64,000 nt of DNA, taken from Podarcis vaucheri. Its lineage: Eukaryota. Each line of letters begins with the position of its first letter. Positions within the stretch are counted from its first letter, which is position 1. The notes under the pieces are model-generated. The model did not search any database. It had not been told where the DNA came from and saw only the letters and a program-made list of their open reading frames with translations. Where the stretch lies: assembly GCA_965113315.1 (NCBI GenBank), contig OZ220376.1. The stretch is one strand, 5' to 3'. The translations under genes and the position numbers were made by a program. Shown piece after piece: positions 10,601 to 22,600 of this stretch.

Positions 10601-13600
10601 ACACAAGAGTAGCAGAGAATCCTCAGAACTGGGAAATCTGGCAGCGCTAATGCAGAGACGTTTTATATTCAGGGTTATTTATTTAGTTCATTAAATTTAT
10701 ATAGTGCTTGATTGTAGAAAACCTCAAAGCGGTTTACAGAAAGAATGAAACAGCAAGGTCATTAACAAAGCAATAAAACATTCAAAAAATTAGAAAGCAG
10801 CAATGAACTAACAAACGCATCAGCATTCTAACATGTCTGGGTATGCTTGTCTGAACAAAAATGTTTTTAGCAGGCACTGAAAAGAATACAGGGAAGGCAC
10901 CTGCCTAATGTCAATAGGCGAGGAGTTCCAAAGTTGTAGGTGCTGCCACCCTAAAAGATCAAGTTACTATAAATGTGGAACAGATATTATGTGCCGCCTG
11001 TAACGGTGCCATTTCGTCAGATCAAAGTGGTCAAGAGGTCACATATGGGGTAAGGCAACCTCGCAGGTAGACTGGTTCCAAGTTATTAAGGGCTTTATTT
11101 GTATAGTAATAGTAACACCTTGAACCTGGGCCCGGTAGCAAATCGACAAACAATGCAGGTCTCTGAGCATATCTGTTATATGCTGGCCCAGTCTCACTGT
11201 CAGTATTATGCTGCAGTATTCAGCTTCACAGAAGAGATGTCATGAACGCAAACAAAACTATGTTTGGAATAAGAGATTTTTTAAAAGTCAAGGGATGCAC
11301 GAACATCAGTACAACGGAGCTCAGCTGTCCCACTTCCCAGTACACAGGCTGTATTGGAACCAGGAAGTCAGCTCTTAGAGAAATAGTAATCTTTGGTATC
11401 ACAGATCCCATTCATCACCCAGAGACGAAAGTGTTAGTAACTTCCCAGGCACGTGGTCAGATTTGTTAGCTAGTTTCTTCCTGCTTCTGGGAGGCCACAG
11501 GGCTGGAAAAGTGGGGCAACTGAGACAGGATGGAGGAAAACTCTTCTCTCTTGCCTTGAGAGGCACACAATCGCCTTCTAGGGCAGTTGCAGGAGCTCCC
11601 AGTGTTTACAGAGGTGGCCTGCGTGAGCTGCTCTCTCGATTGGAGGACTTTGCTGTCGCTCTGTGTTGGAGTGGGGAGGGTTGGGCATGGTTCGCTCTTG
11701 TTATATGTCAGGAGACAGAGATCATGTGTGAAGAGGGTGACTTCAAGAGCTTAGAACATCCTTCCCTGGGGCCTCCTTGAAGTCAGGATGTGGCTAGCTT
11801 CTCATTGCTGTGACAAATCTAGGCAGCAGATTTCTGTAAGTTGAACAGTGTTGTTCCTGAATGTTTGTCGTCTTGTAGTATTTGGAGGAATCTTGGGGCG
11901 CTTCCAGATGAGGGTGTCATGTTGCAAATGAGCCATTCAGATCCAGTTTCTTGGTACATTCTCTTCCATACACTGTTTGGGTATTTGTTGCTGCACATTC
12001 TGGTGGGCAGAGATTGATGGGATATATTTGTGCTATTCTGGACATGCACACAGGTTTTTCTGTACCTGAGCACATGCAGGGTTTAAAAAAAAAAAATCAC
12101 CAGAAGCACACAAGCAAAGGTCAGCAGCTGTTAATTATCACATTTCACAACAGGCCAAATGGAGGGCTGTGCTTTGTCGGGGAGCAATATCCATTTTCAT
12201 TTGAGTTTTTTAAAAATAATACTGAGGTCTTGCACAAGAGTGATTTCAGGTGACAAGGAGAAGTGGAGTTGAGTGTCATCAGCAAATCAATAGCACCTCA
12301 CTGCAAATCCCCTGTTGATGGTATCAAGCAGCTTTGTAAAGATAATAAAAAGCTGGTGGGGGGGGGAATATTGTGGGACCCTCAAAACACAAATGCAACT
12401 GATTTAAGTGGAAAACTACCATGTTATCTTCTGAAACTGCCTCCGCAAATAGGAGCAGAACCTCCACGTCTCGTGAGTCCCCTAGTCCCAATTACAGGTT
12501 TGGTCCAGCAATACACTGTGGTCAGTGATATCAAAAGATATCAAGAGTTTTAGGAGGGTGAAGAGAGCCACAGAGGTCATTTATCAGGGCAACCAGGGTG
12601 TTTTCAGTACCAAAACTGAGCTTACACCCAGCTTGAAATGGATCTAGATCCTCAGTGCCCTCCCAAGATGCCTGCAGCTGAGTTTCTCCAAGTCCCTGCC
12701 CCAAGGGAGTATCTGGACAGTAAATGACCATATTTCTTGGGTCAGCCACCTCTTTCAAGGCATCTAGGACTACCCACTCTCTGAAAGAGGTGTTGCTCAT
12801 CTCTCAGACCATGTAGCCCAGGGGTCAGCAACCTGCGGCTCCGGAGCCGCATGTGGCTCTTTTACACCTTTGCCGTGGCTCCGGGGCGGATACTAGCGAG
12901 GGGAGGAGGCGCATTGTTTGCCCCGACACTCCCCACTGTTTTAAATGTCGCAATGGTTTTGCGGCTCCCAGTTTTTTTTTCTTCAGTCCAAGTGGCTCTT
13001 TTTGTCTTAAAGGTTGCAGACCCCTGATCTAGCCCAAGGATCAGCAAACTTTTTCAGCTGTGGGCTGGTCAGACCTTGGGGGGGGCAGACTATATTTTTT
13101 GGGGGAAATGAACGAATTCCTATGCCCCACAAATAACCCAGAGATGCATTTTAAATAAAAGGACACATTCTACTCATGTAAAAACACGCTGATTCCCGGA
13201 CAGTCCGCGGGCGGGATTTAGACGGCCCCCGGGCCTTAGTTTGCCTACCCATGATCTAGCCAATGCCACTCATCCCCTGACTAACGGTCAATAACCAAGA
13301 CGGGCAAGGATCAAGGTGTGGTCAGCCACACCTTTGCCAGATTCTTTATCCATATCCTCAGGCTGCTTCAGTTGAAACTGTTCCCATAAAGAGACTAGAC
13401 ACCTTCATAGGAGCTGCATCCAAGTTGGTCAGGTTCACAGTGAATACGAACCACTTTAAGACACAAATGTTTCACGTCACTTTCCTTCAATAAGGTCCCT
13501 GCTAAGACTGCTCTGTTTTCAGTCTTCCCTAGCTTGGAGCTGTCCAGAGGTTTTGGACTACAGCTCACATCAAGCCCAGCCAGCACAGCTGTAAAATGAA

Positions 13601-16600
13601 AACACCTGGAAGGCACTAGGATATTATTTTATTTTATTTTATTTTATTTTGCTATAATCCTGGCACCACCACCCTCATAAAAACACTTGACAGTTCATGA
13701 CTCTAATATGGAAGGGATCCCTTCAACTTTGAAGCATTGGGGAACCTCTTGAGGACTAGAGTAGTGTGGAGACTGCAGTGACTGTGTTTGAGGAGGGGAA
13801 GAGAGATGGGTGGCCTGATCAGGCTCTAGGGTTCTAGAAGAGCCCAGACTCCTCACTAGATGCCTTCACTTTTTACAGCAGTAAAAAAATACAACTTCCG
13901 CATGATACTTGAAATTCAGAACTGCACAAGCATTTGGAGGGGGGAGTACACATCTCCCCTCTCCACAGAACATCACACTTTGTGTCCATCCCCCATTGGA
14001 AGGTAGGTTGGAGGGAGTTTCCTGGTCCTCCCTGAACAGGTTCTTCCTCCTCCTCCTCCTCCTCCTCCTCCTCCTCCTCCTCTTCTTCTTCTTCTTCTTC
14101 TTCTTCCCACCCCTCTGACTGGGTTGCCCCAGCCACTTTGGCTGGCTTCCAACATATATAAAAAAATTAAAAAAGCAATACACATTAAAATATGATGGGC
14201 TCTGCCTTTCTCTGCCCCATGGTGGTCCCCACAGACCACCTGAATGGGTAGTCTGAGACACTCCCTCTGTGTCCCTTGTTAAATTTTTTCGCAATGCCTG
14301 CAGTGGCCCTCTGAGATGTTGGCTGTTTTCTGTGTAAACACAAGCTGGCTGTGTTATCAGTGGGTTTGGGAGGCGTTGATTTGTCCAGCTGTTGCTGTGG
14401 CCATTCAAGGGGCAGGAAGTCATGGGGCGGCCCAGCTCCAGCAGGCAAATTCTGGTAATTCTCCTTCACCTCTTCATGCCTGACCTTCCCGCTAGCTACA
14501 CTGTGCTTGGGCCTCTTAGCCGTTCTGTTGCACTGCCCCTCAAACTTGCTGTTATCCTGCTCTATGAACACTTGCAGAAAAGCCGGGATTTCAACAGTCA
14601 GCTGTTTTTCTCAGGGATGAGGAACATGTGCCCCCTTCCCAGAAATGGTTGCACTACAATTCCCATCATCCATGAGCCATGCTAGCTGCTGGGATTTGAA
14701 GTCCAGCACCTGGAGGGCTTCAGTTGTTCCCCATCCCCGCTGGACAAAATTGCATTGCTTACTTTAATAAATGTTTCTAAATGGTTGACACAAAAACTAT
14801 ACAAATACCACAACTCAGAAAAATGTCCCAAAACTAGAGAAAACTAAAACGGAGTAATCTGCAAAACAGAGAACTTTGAGTCAGAGTTCAAGACAGCTTG
14901 AGTAAACATAAAGTTTTAAAAGAGTTGTTTAAAGGTCATTCCTGTCTCCTCACAAATTACCCAAGGGGAGGGCATTCCAGGGATTGAGATGGCTTAACAG
15001 ACCTGCTTCCATGTTGTCACCATCAAGCTGGTCATGAGATGACCAGGAAAGCACCCTGAGAGGATCACACAGATATGGGCTTTGGGGGTACTGGTAAATT
15101 TCCTTCCCCATACTTTCAGGGTTGAGATTTTTAAATGCCCTAGATCAGGACTGGCTAATCTATGAGCCTTCCAGATGTTGGACTAAAACTCCCATCCTCC
15201 CTGACCCTTGGCCACCCTGACTGCAGCTGATTGAGGACCACAGACACACTCCACACCTGCTCTAGGTCTTTGGCCTGGGTCTTTCTGACACCCCAAGCTG
15301 AAGTGGCCGCCTCATACTTTGCCCTGCCCATTTTTGCTAGCATCCTGTTTCCTGCAGTAGCCAAAGAGATGCCTTCATCCCACAAGCAGGACATGAAAGC
15401 AACAACTTCTCTCCTGGTGGAGGGCAGGGAGGGGGAGTGCTGCTCCCCAGCAACTGGTATTTAGGCACAGTTGCATATAGCCATTATGACGGATGACTAC
15501 TGACTAATGATAAGACTTCTCCTCTTCCTCTGTGAATTTGTCCCTCTTTTCTATAGCACTGATTTGGGACTTTCAGATTACAGTGGTACCTCGGGTTACA
15601 TGCACATCAGGTTACATACGCTTCAGGTTACAGACTCCACTAACCCAGAAATAGTACCTCAGGTTAAGAACTTTGCTTCAGGATGAGAACAGAAATCGTG
15701 CTCCGGCAGCGCGGCAGCTGTGGGAGGCCCCATTAGCTAAAGTGGTGCTTCAGGTTAAGAACAGTTTCAGGTCAAGAACGGACCTCCGGAACGAGGTACC
15801 ACTGTATTCTGAATTGAGGTTTTATTTTAGGGATGGGGGAACCATGCCCTGAGTGAGCTCTTTAGGATGTTGATTTGACTTACATTTAGTAAACAAAACT
15901 TGTAATTTAATTTTACATTTGTAGATAGACAAACAGACACTTCAAATGTGTATTCAATAGCCAAAAGTAGTTAAGCCGAAACATTTGATTGTGGTGGGGA
16001 GATCAGTAAAGGGTACCGTGTGGTTTATATTCAAATGAAATGAGAGCAATTCTTGGAAACTGATTTTATGGGAATACTTACTTGGAAATGTCTCAAGAGA
16101 TGTCAGCTCAACAGTTTGAACTTCCCTTTTATATTAAATTTGGATTTGAAGGGAATTTTAGCCTGCTTGAAGAACTGAGCGGAATAATATCTGCCCTTCC
16201 TATGGAGAGTCGCCTGAAAAAGTTAGTTGCAACTTTGACTTTAAGCTGCGGCTTGCCACTGTGCTGCTGCACTCAGCCAATGCATTCCCTTGCTGGTTAA
16301 CTTTATGAAGCAAGGCATTTCTAAAGGTAAACTTTGCATGGAGAAATGCAGCAGTGGGGAAATCTCTGCCCCACTTTATTCAGGTTTGGTGCCATGGAGG
16401 AGGGCATTGGCAGGGAAGCCTAACTTTGAATTGTTGGTGGAAATTGTCCGAATTGGGACCTCTCCACCCTTCCCAGAATGCTGCTGTCTGTCACCCAAAA
16501 GGAGTTCATGGTCTCTAGAAAGCAATGCAGCAGAGAACTCTAGCCAGCCCCTCTGTGATTTCATAGCCCTTTTACTGTGTTCATCTTCTCCTCCCCTCAG

Positions 16601-19600
16601 CCCAGCTAAACTTGTTCTCCTGGGATAGAAGGGGCTTTGCTGAATCCCACCCACTCATCCAGCCTGCCAAAAAGGGTTGTGCTGCCCTCAGCAAAACCCA
16701 GTCAGCTCTGTTTGTGCTCACAGATCTCTTGCCAGGTGCAGCTTGTTGGCCCAGTCTTTGAATCTTAGGGAGAATCCCATAGGAGAAGCAACTGCTGAGC
16801 TGGAGGGAGATTCTGTCTAGCGCTTTGCTTTGCTTGGATGGGTCCCTTTGCTGATGCAGCTCTCTGTGCTTTCTGTAAGCCTGCTTCAAGCTTAGTCAAC
16901 GCTTCAGGGCACAGTGGCAAGAGGCAAAGTGTGTGTGTGTGTGTCTGTGAGAGAGAGAGAGAGGCTGGGGGGGGGGAGAGAGAGAGGTAGAGAAGCCTGG
17001 CCTGTGACTTGCACCTCAGTTCATGGCTTCCACAGTTGCATAACCTTTGCCAAGCTGGATCCTTTGGAATACAACTCCCATCTTCTGGACATGGGGGCTG
17101 AGGCTGCTAGGAGCTGTAGCCCTAAACATCTGGAAGGCTATGGATTGGTGAAGGCTTCCAGAGAGAGAGAGGGAGGGAGGCAGGGAAGACATGGCACCTT
17201 GCCTGTGAGAATCAGCTGACAAACTAGGCATTCTTTGTGCCTCATTGGGTACTAAAGGAGGAGCCCCTGGGAATGCTGGCACCTAGTTGTGGGCCAGGGC
17301 TTCTCTGTGCTGCACAGAAGAGGCTGAGCCAGCTGTTCCTTCTCAGCCCAGCCTGACCTTCCTGCTGACGGAGCTCCAGGACTTCCTGCAAAGTTTGCCT
17401 TAGGGGTGCCCAAACTTTTTTCAAAGAGGGCCAGATTTGATGAAGTGAACACCAAAGCGGTTGACCTTTTTTTAGGATTGAAGTTGTTGAGCTTTTTAAA
17501 GGATTTTACCCTTTTACCCCAGGAAATAAACTGCTGCCACAGGGGCCGGATTGAACTGACCAGTGGGCCCCCAAAATGGACTTGGACATGCCTGCTTTAG
17601 GTCCAGGCAGGTGGCAGCTTCCTGCTTCTTGGGGAAAAGGAAGAACTGCTTGAATGACAGAGGGTGATGTGACTGGAAAAGGGGAAGAGGAGCTGGGCGC
17701 AGCCTGGTTGGTGTCTTCTCCCGCCCCCCCTTGGTGGGATGCTCTACCCAGGAAGGCCCACCTGACTCTGTCATGCTCAGTTTATAGTCCCTAAATTTAG
17801 ATGCTTTTGTCTCCATGTTCTGGCTCATAACATTGGACTGTTTTGAAATTTGATTTCTATTATAATTTTTATTTATGACTTTCAGTTGTATACATTTCAA
17901 CAATAGCTTAACAGTAGTTCTAACATTTCAAACCTTGACTTACTTCCTCCTCTTTCTGCGATTCCTTAAATTTATTTTCATCATTCCCTGCATATTTTAA
18001 GTTATCTTAATCTATTCTTTTATTCATTTACTTTGATATACATTTTTTGAAACTGCCAGTTATTACAATAATCCTGCCAATGTCTTTATCTGTTTACAGT
18101 TTGCTTGTAAATATACAACAAACAATTTCCATTCCCTTATGAAAAGTTTATTATCTTGATTTTTACTATTTTGAAATTAGATTTCTGACCTTTTCATACT
18201 TATTGATGGATGGGCACTTTTTGGTACAGTATTTGTGTATTTGGCTTGAGTGTTTCTTACACTATTCGTATTTTATGAATGGCATGTTGCTCTGAGGCAT
18301 CTTTTGTGAAAAGTGATGAATAACTCGATTAATAGATTAATGTTGTAGCTTCCTGGGGTTGGACAGAGCCAGCAGGATCTGCCCCCTGCTCAAATGGCTG
18401 CCCAGCCTCTGCCTCAGAGAGAGATCCTCACCATCCCTCCAGGTCTCCATTGACGAGCCACACTTTTAATTCCAGAGTTTTTCCGAATGTGTTCCTGCTT
18501 CTTCTGCCCATGAGATCTATAAAGGCCCAGTGGTATCCCGACAGGCAGAGTGCCCTGTTACTCTGGCCAGCTGCTTCTTAGCACGGCCAGTTATCCAGGG
18601 ACAGTCCCTCTTCCAGTCCTCTTCACCTTTTGTCACACATTCAAGGGGTGACTCAGCTGCAAGAGAGCAGGTCACCTGAGGGGATATTGGGAACTCCTTT
18701 GGCCTCCTTCTCTTTCCTCTCATTTGCCTATGATGAGTAATTAGTGGTGGAGACAAGGCAAGACAGACTCTTGCTGTCCCTTTGCCCCTTTTGTATCACA
18801 CCTATGCCACCTGTGGGGCTCAAGGCCATTAGTCATCCTTGGGGGATGGGCACCTACCAAAGCTCTCAGCTGGGAAGTCTTTGGGAAGAGGCATCAGTGT
18901 CTGCATGTCCTCCCAGGTGTTCTTTTGATCCCTCACTGTACCTGTGAGATGCTCACCCACACAGCCTCACCAGTGAGACCAATTATCGTTGAATCCTTCT
19001 CACACTCACCTGTGTGGGAATGTTTTCCTTGCTCAGTTCATAGGAACACCAGTGCTCAAAGTGTCACCTTTCAGGTTCTCAACCAGATTCAAGCATTTTC
19101 TCTTGGCTAGGGCTGGCTGGCAGGTTTTAGATGAGGCTTGTGTTGTGGGAGAGCCAGGTGGAATGGGAAGAGTGTCACAAGGCGGATTGATGGAGGTGTG
19201 CAAGCACTCAGGTGATTGATGCATGGGGTGTTCTTGTAGCACTGCCTGTTTCAGTAGGCAGCTTCCAAACTTGAATGCAGTGGGGGGGGGATAAGCAGTG
19301 TAATCTGAAGGTGGCTGTGTTCTCTATTTGAAGAGCATCAGAGAGTCAAGTTTAAAGACAGAGAAGCTTTGGGGTAGGGCATGCCACCTGGGCAGCAGAC
19401 TGAGGGTGCTCACATGGCCACAGACTTCCCCGTTATGCTGAGATGTAGTTTTATTTAAATGGCAGCAATTGTTTCTAAATTTGCATCTGTACATTTAAAC
19501 TAGCGTATGCACATTTTATGCAGATCTGTGTCCTCTTTCTTTCTTTGGGGTGATGCATTTACTTTCCTGCCTGTTTTGGTGACCCATAAGTGGACCACCC

Positions 19601-22600
19601 CTCTGTTATCCTTTAATTCAGTGGTTTCCAAAGTGAGCAGAACCACTCCCTGGGGGGCATTGAGATTACCTAGGGGGACACCAAGAGGCAACGGGATGAC
19701 AGGGGACCCCTGTCTATCAGACTTTGGAAAGCTGGTATCACTGGATCAAGTTCATCAATTTTGTTGACTTAATTAAACCAGCAGTTTAATTAGAATTTGA
19801 ATAAGTGTGCAATGTTGCTGTTCTGAAAGTCACTGTGTTATTACCTTCCTTAGTGGATCATGCAAACAGCTTTTCTTAATACTGCTTTTTATAGGGTAAA
19901 GTAGGGGGCACTGGGGACGAGTTTGTGGAACCAAGGGGGCGGCAGCCTGAAAAGGTTTGGAAATCACTGCTCTAGTTTATTAAAGAGGAATTTACATTCC
20001 TGCATTGTGGAGGGTTGAACTAGATGACTCTTGGGGTCCCTTCCAACTCTACAGTTCCATGATTCTATGAATTTCCAAACTCCCAGAGCCCCTCGGCTAT
20101 CAAAGGAGCAGCAGAAGGGCACTGGAGGCTCCTCCTTTCTCAGCCACGGTCCACAGAGCTGCAGGGAGATGGCTGTTGCCCATGGCTGGCTGGGAACAAA
20201 CTGTGTGGCTCTTTGAGCCACGTGTGGGCTGAAGTTGGAAAGCTGCTCCGGGTTCCCTTGGCAGGGCCAGAGCACCAGCGGCCCTCACCTACGCCAGGCC
20301 TGTGTTGCCACCCATGAAGGAGAGCAGGGCTGGGAGAACTTTTCAGCCTTTTAGTGAAGCAGGAGCAGGAACGGGCTGGAACTTGTCCAGTGGCAAACAA
20401 TCAGGCACAGGCTTGCTTGAAACACACAGAACAGGCTGTGCTGCAGAGCTGGAGTTGTGCAACAGAGAAGGTCACCCAAGGTCAGCTGGGTTGGGCTTCG
20501 CAATCCAGCACCGAGGCTGTTTCCCAGACTCTGCAGGCAAGCTCCCAGGGAGAGTCCCTGTGATGGCTGCCACACCCAGGTGCTCTGCCCTTCCCTCCCT
20601 TCTGCTGAAGCTACGCAGACCCCACCAGCCTCCCTAGCCAGTCCTCTAGGTGTCCAGAGCATGGTAACTCTGGCTCACGCTCCAAAATGAGAGGTCCTGG
20701 GGCTGAAAGCTGTGCCCTGGAGGCCTCAGCTGTGTGCCAGTTCAAATGGAGTTGGGCCAAGAATGGCAATGGTTGACTCACAGGGTTCCCCCCACCACCA
20801 CTCAGTAGGGTCCTATCCTGCACTGCAGCTGAATCATCCAGCAGTTTCAGGTACCCTCAGGCAGAGGTGAGTCATTTCCTGTTAGCAAGAGCCCTGACTG
20901 GAAGCCACCTGCAGGAGGGTCTTTCCCCCAGAGTCAGGTACCACCTCTTTGCTCCGAAGCGGAAGGGGAAAGGAGCACAGGCAGAGTCATCCCAAGTGTG
21001 GAGGTGGAGGGGAATTTTGAGCAGCAGACATCTCTGCCTTGGGGAGTCATTCATCTTCTGTCCCTCACCCCCCCCCATATAAAACTCCATCATACATGCA
21101 AGACGGAACCAGAAGCCAGTTGTGGAGATTTTGGCATGTGCCACACAACAGCCTCTGGGAATGTTGCCTGGCCCAAGGCTGTTGTGGAGACAACGACACC
21201 ACGAGCGCCACCAAGAACCATAGAATGGTAGAGTTGGAAGGGACCCTGAGCATCATCTAGTTCAATCCTCTGCAGTGAAGGAATATGCAGCTGTCCTATA
21301 TGGGGATCAAACCTGCAACCTTGCCATTACTGTATCAGCACAGAGGTGGACATGAGAGAAAAGTAACTGCAAAACCTGTAGTGGGTAGAAAAGACTGGGA
21401 GCAAGTACCAGTAACTGCTTTTGATGACCTGAAAAGGCTGGACTCCTGTCTTCTGCCTTACTGCTCGGGTGGATTATTGAAACTCATTCACCTTTTCTGT
21501 CTTTGTGTGGCCAATTCCCTGAGCAAAATGCTGCTCTTGGGCATTCTGCAATACTGAATGTTGTTTGCAACACTCAAATGCCTTTTTGGAGTGTTCTGAC
21601 CTGTTATGTCTACCTTGAGCTTTGTTGAATGAACTTTATTACGGTCACAGACCAGGATAGCCTTGAGCTTTGTTTTGACAAATGAAGTTGCAGTAGAGAC
21701 ATGCTTGATAAGTTGTTGAAATGTGGCTGCGCTTTTGTTCTCTGCTTGGTGAGGGGGCAGAACTACTTGGGACACTGGGGTTCAACCTTCCACTCAAAGG
21801 CCATCTCTCTCTTCTTATCCCCTTCCCCCCAGGCTCCCCCCTTCGGCCCTTGACCCGCTTTGAAGAGCCTGGAATCACCAACTACACCACGATGATGCTG
21901 AGCCCAGATGGGGGCACCTTGTACGCAGGTGCCCGTGAGAGGCTCCTTGCTCTCAACACCACCTCCTTCTCTCCTGGGCCACAGCACCAAAAAGTAAGTG
22001 CAGGGTACCCACTGGCCACTTTAGAGCCCCCCAGTTCAGATGTGCAGTGGAAATATACAGGAAGGACATCACTGGCTGACGGACTGGCTGGTTGTTTCCG
22101 TTGTACCTCTCAGTCTGATGGGACCAGCAAGTCCCTACTCATCCTGGAAGCAGTTTGGGCCGCAGTCAAGGAGCCAGTCCTCAACATTTGCAGCAGAGGC
22201 TGCCTCTCCTTCCCCCTCTGAGGGTTCCTAGCCTGGGAGGGTTCCAAACCATTGCCACACACAACTTCACTCTTTGGGTTCAGGCACAGAAACTGGCAAC
22301 CTGAGGATCTTGGAGCCTGTGGTCTTTCTAAAAGCAAGCTGCTTCAGCCTTTGATTGAGGAGGACAGTTTGGAAATGCTGGTCAGCACCCCATGGCCTTC
22401 CAGGTGCCAAAGGAGGACTGGGCAGCTGCTGCTGCTGCTGCTGCTGCTTCCCTTAGCCCTGCCCCATGGAGGTTACTCTAGATGCCAGGGTCCTGCTCTT
22501 GGCATAATATTTGGGCCACTTTAGGAGAATGCTGGGGTTTTCCATTTAATGCATCTGCAGCCCTGGCACTGGACATCACTGGGCTGGCCCCCCATTGCAG

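Noticed and set aside
13866-14423. ORFs with poly-K/R, poly-E or poly-L/F tracts
   Set aside because: They are translations of the (TCC)n(TTC)n microsatellite.
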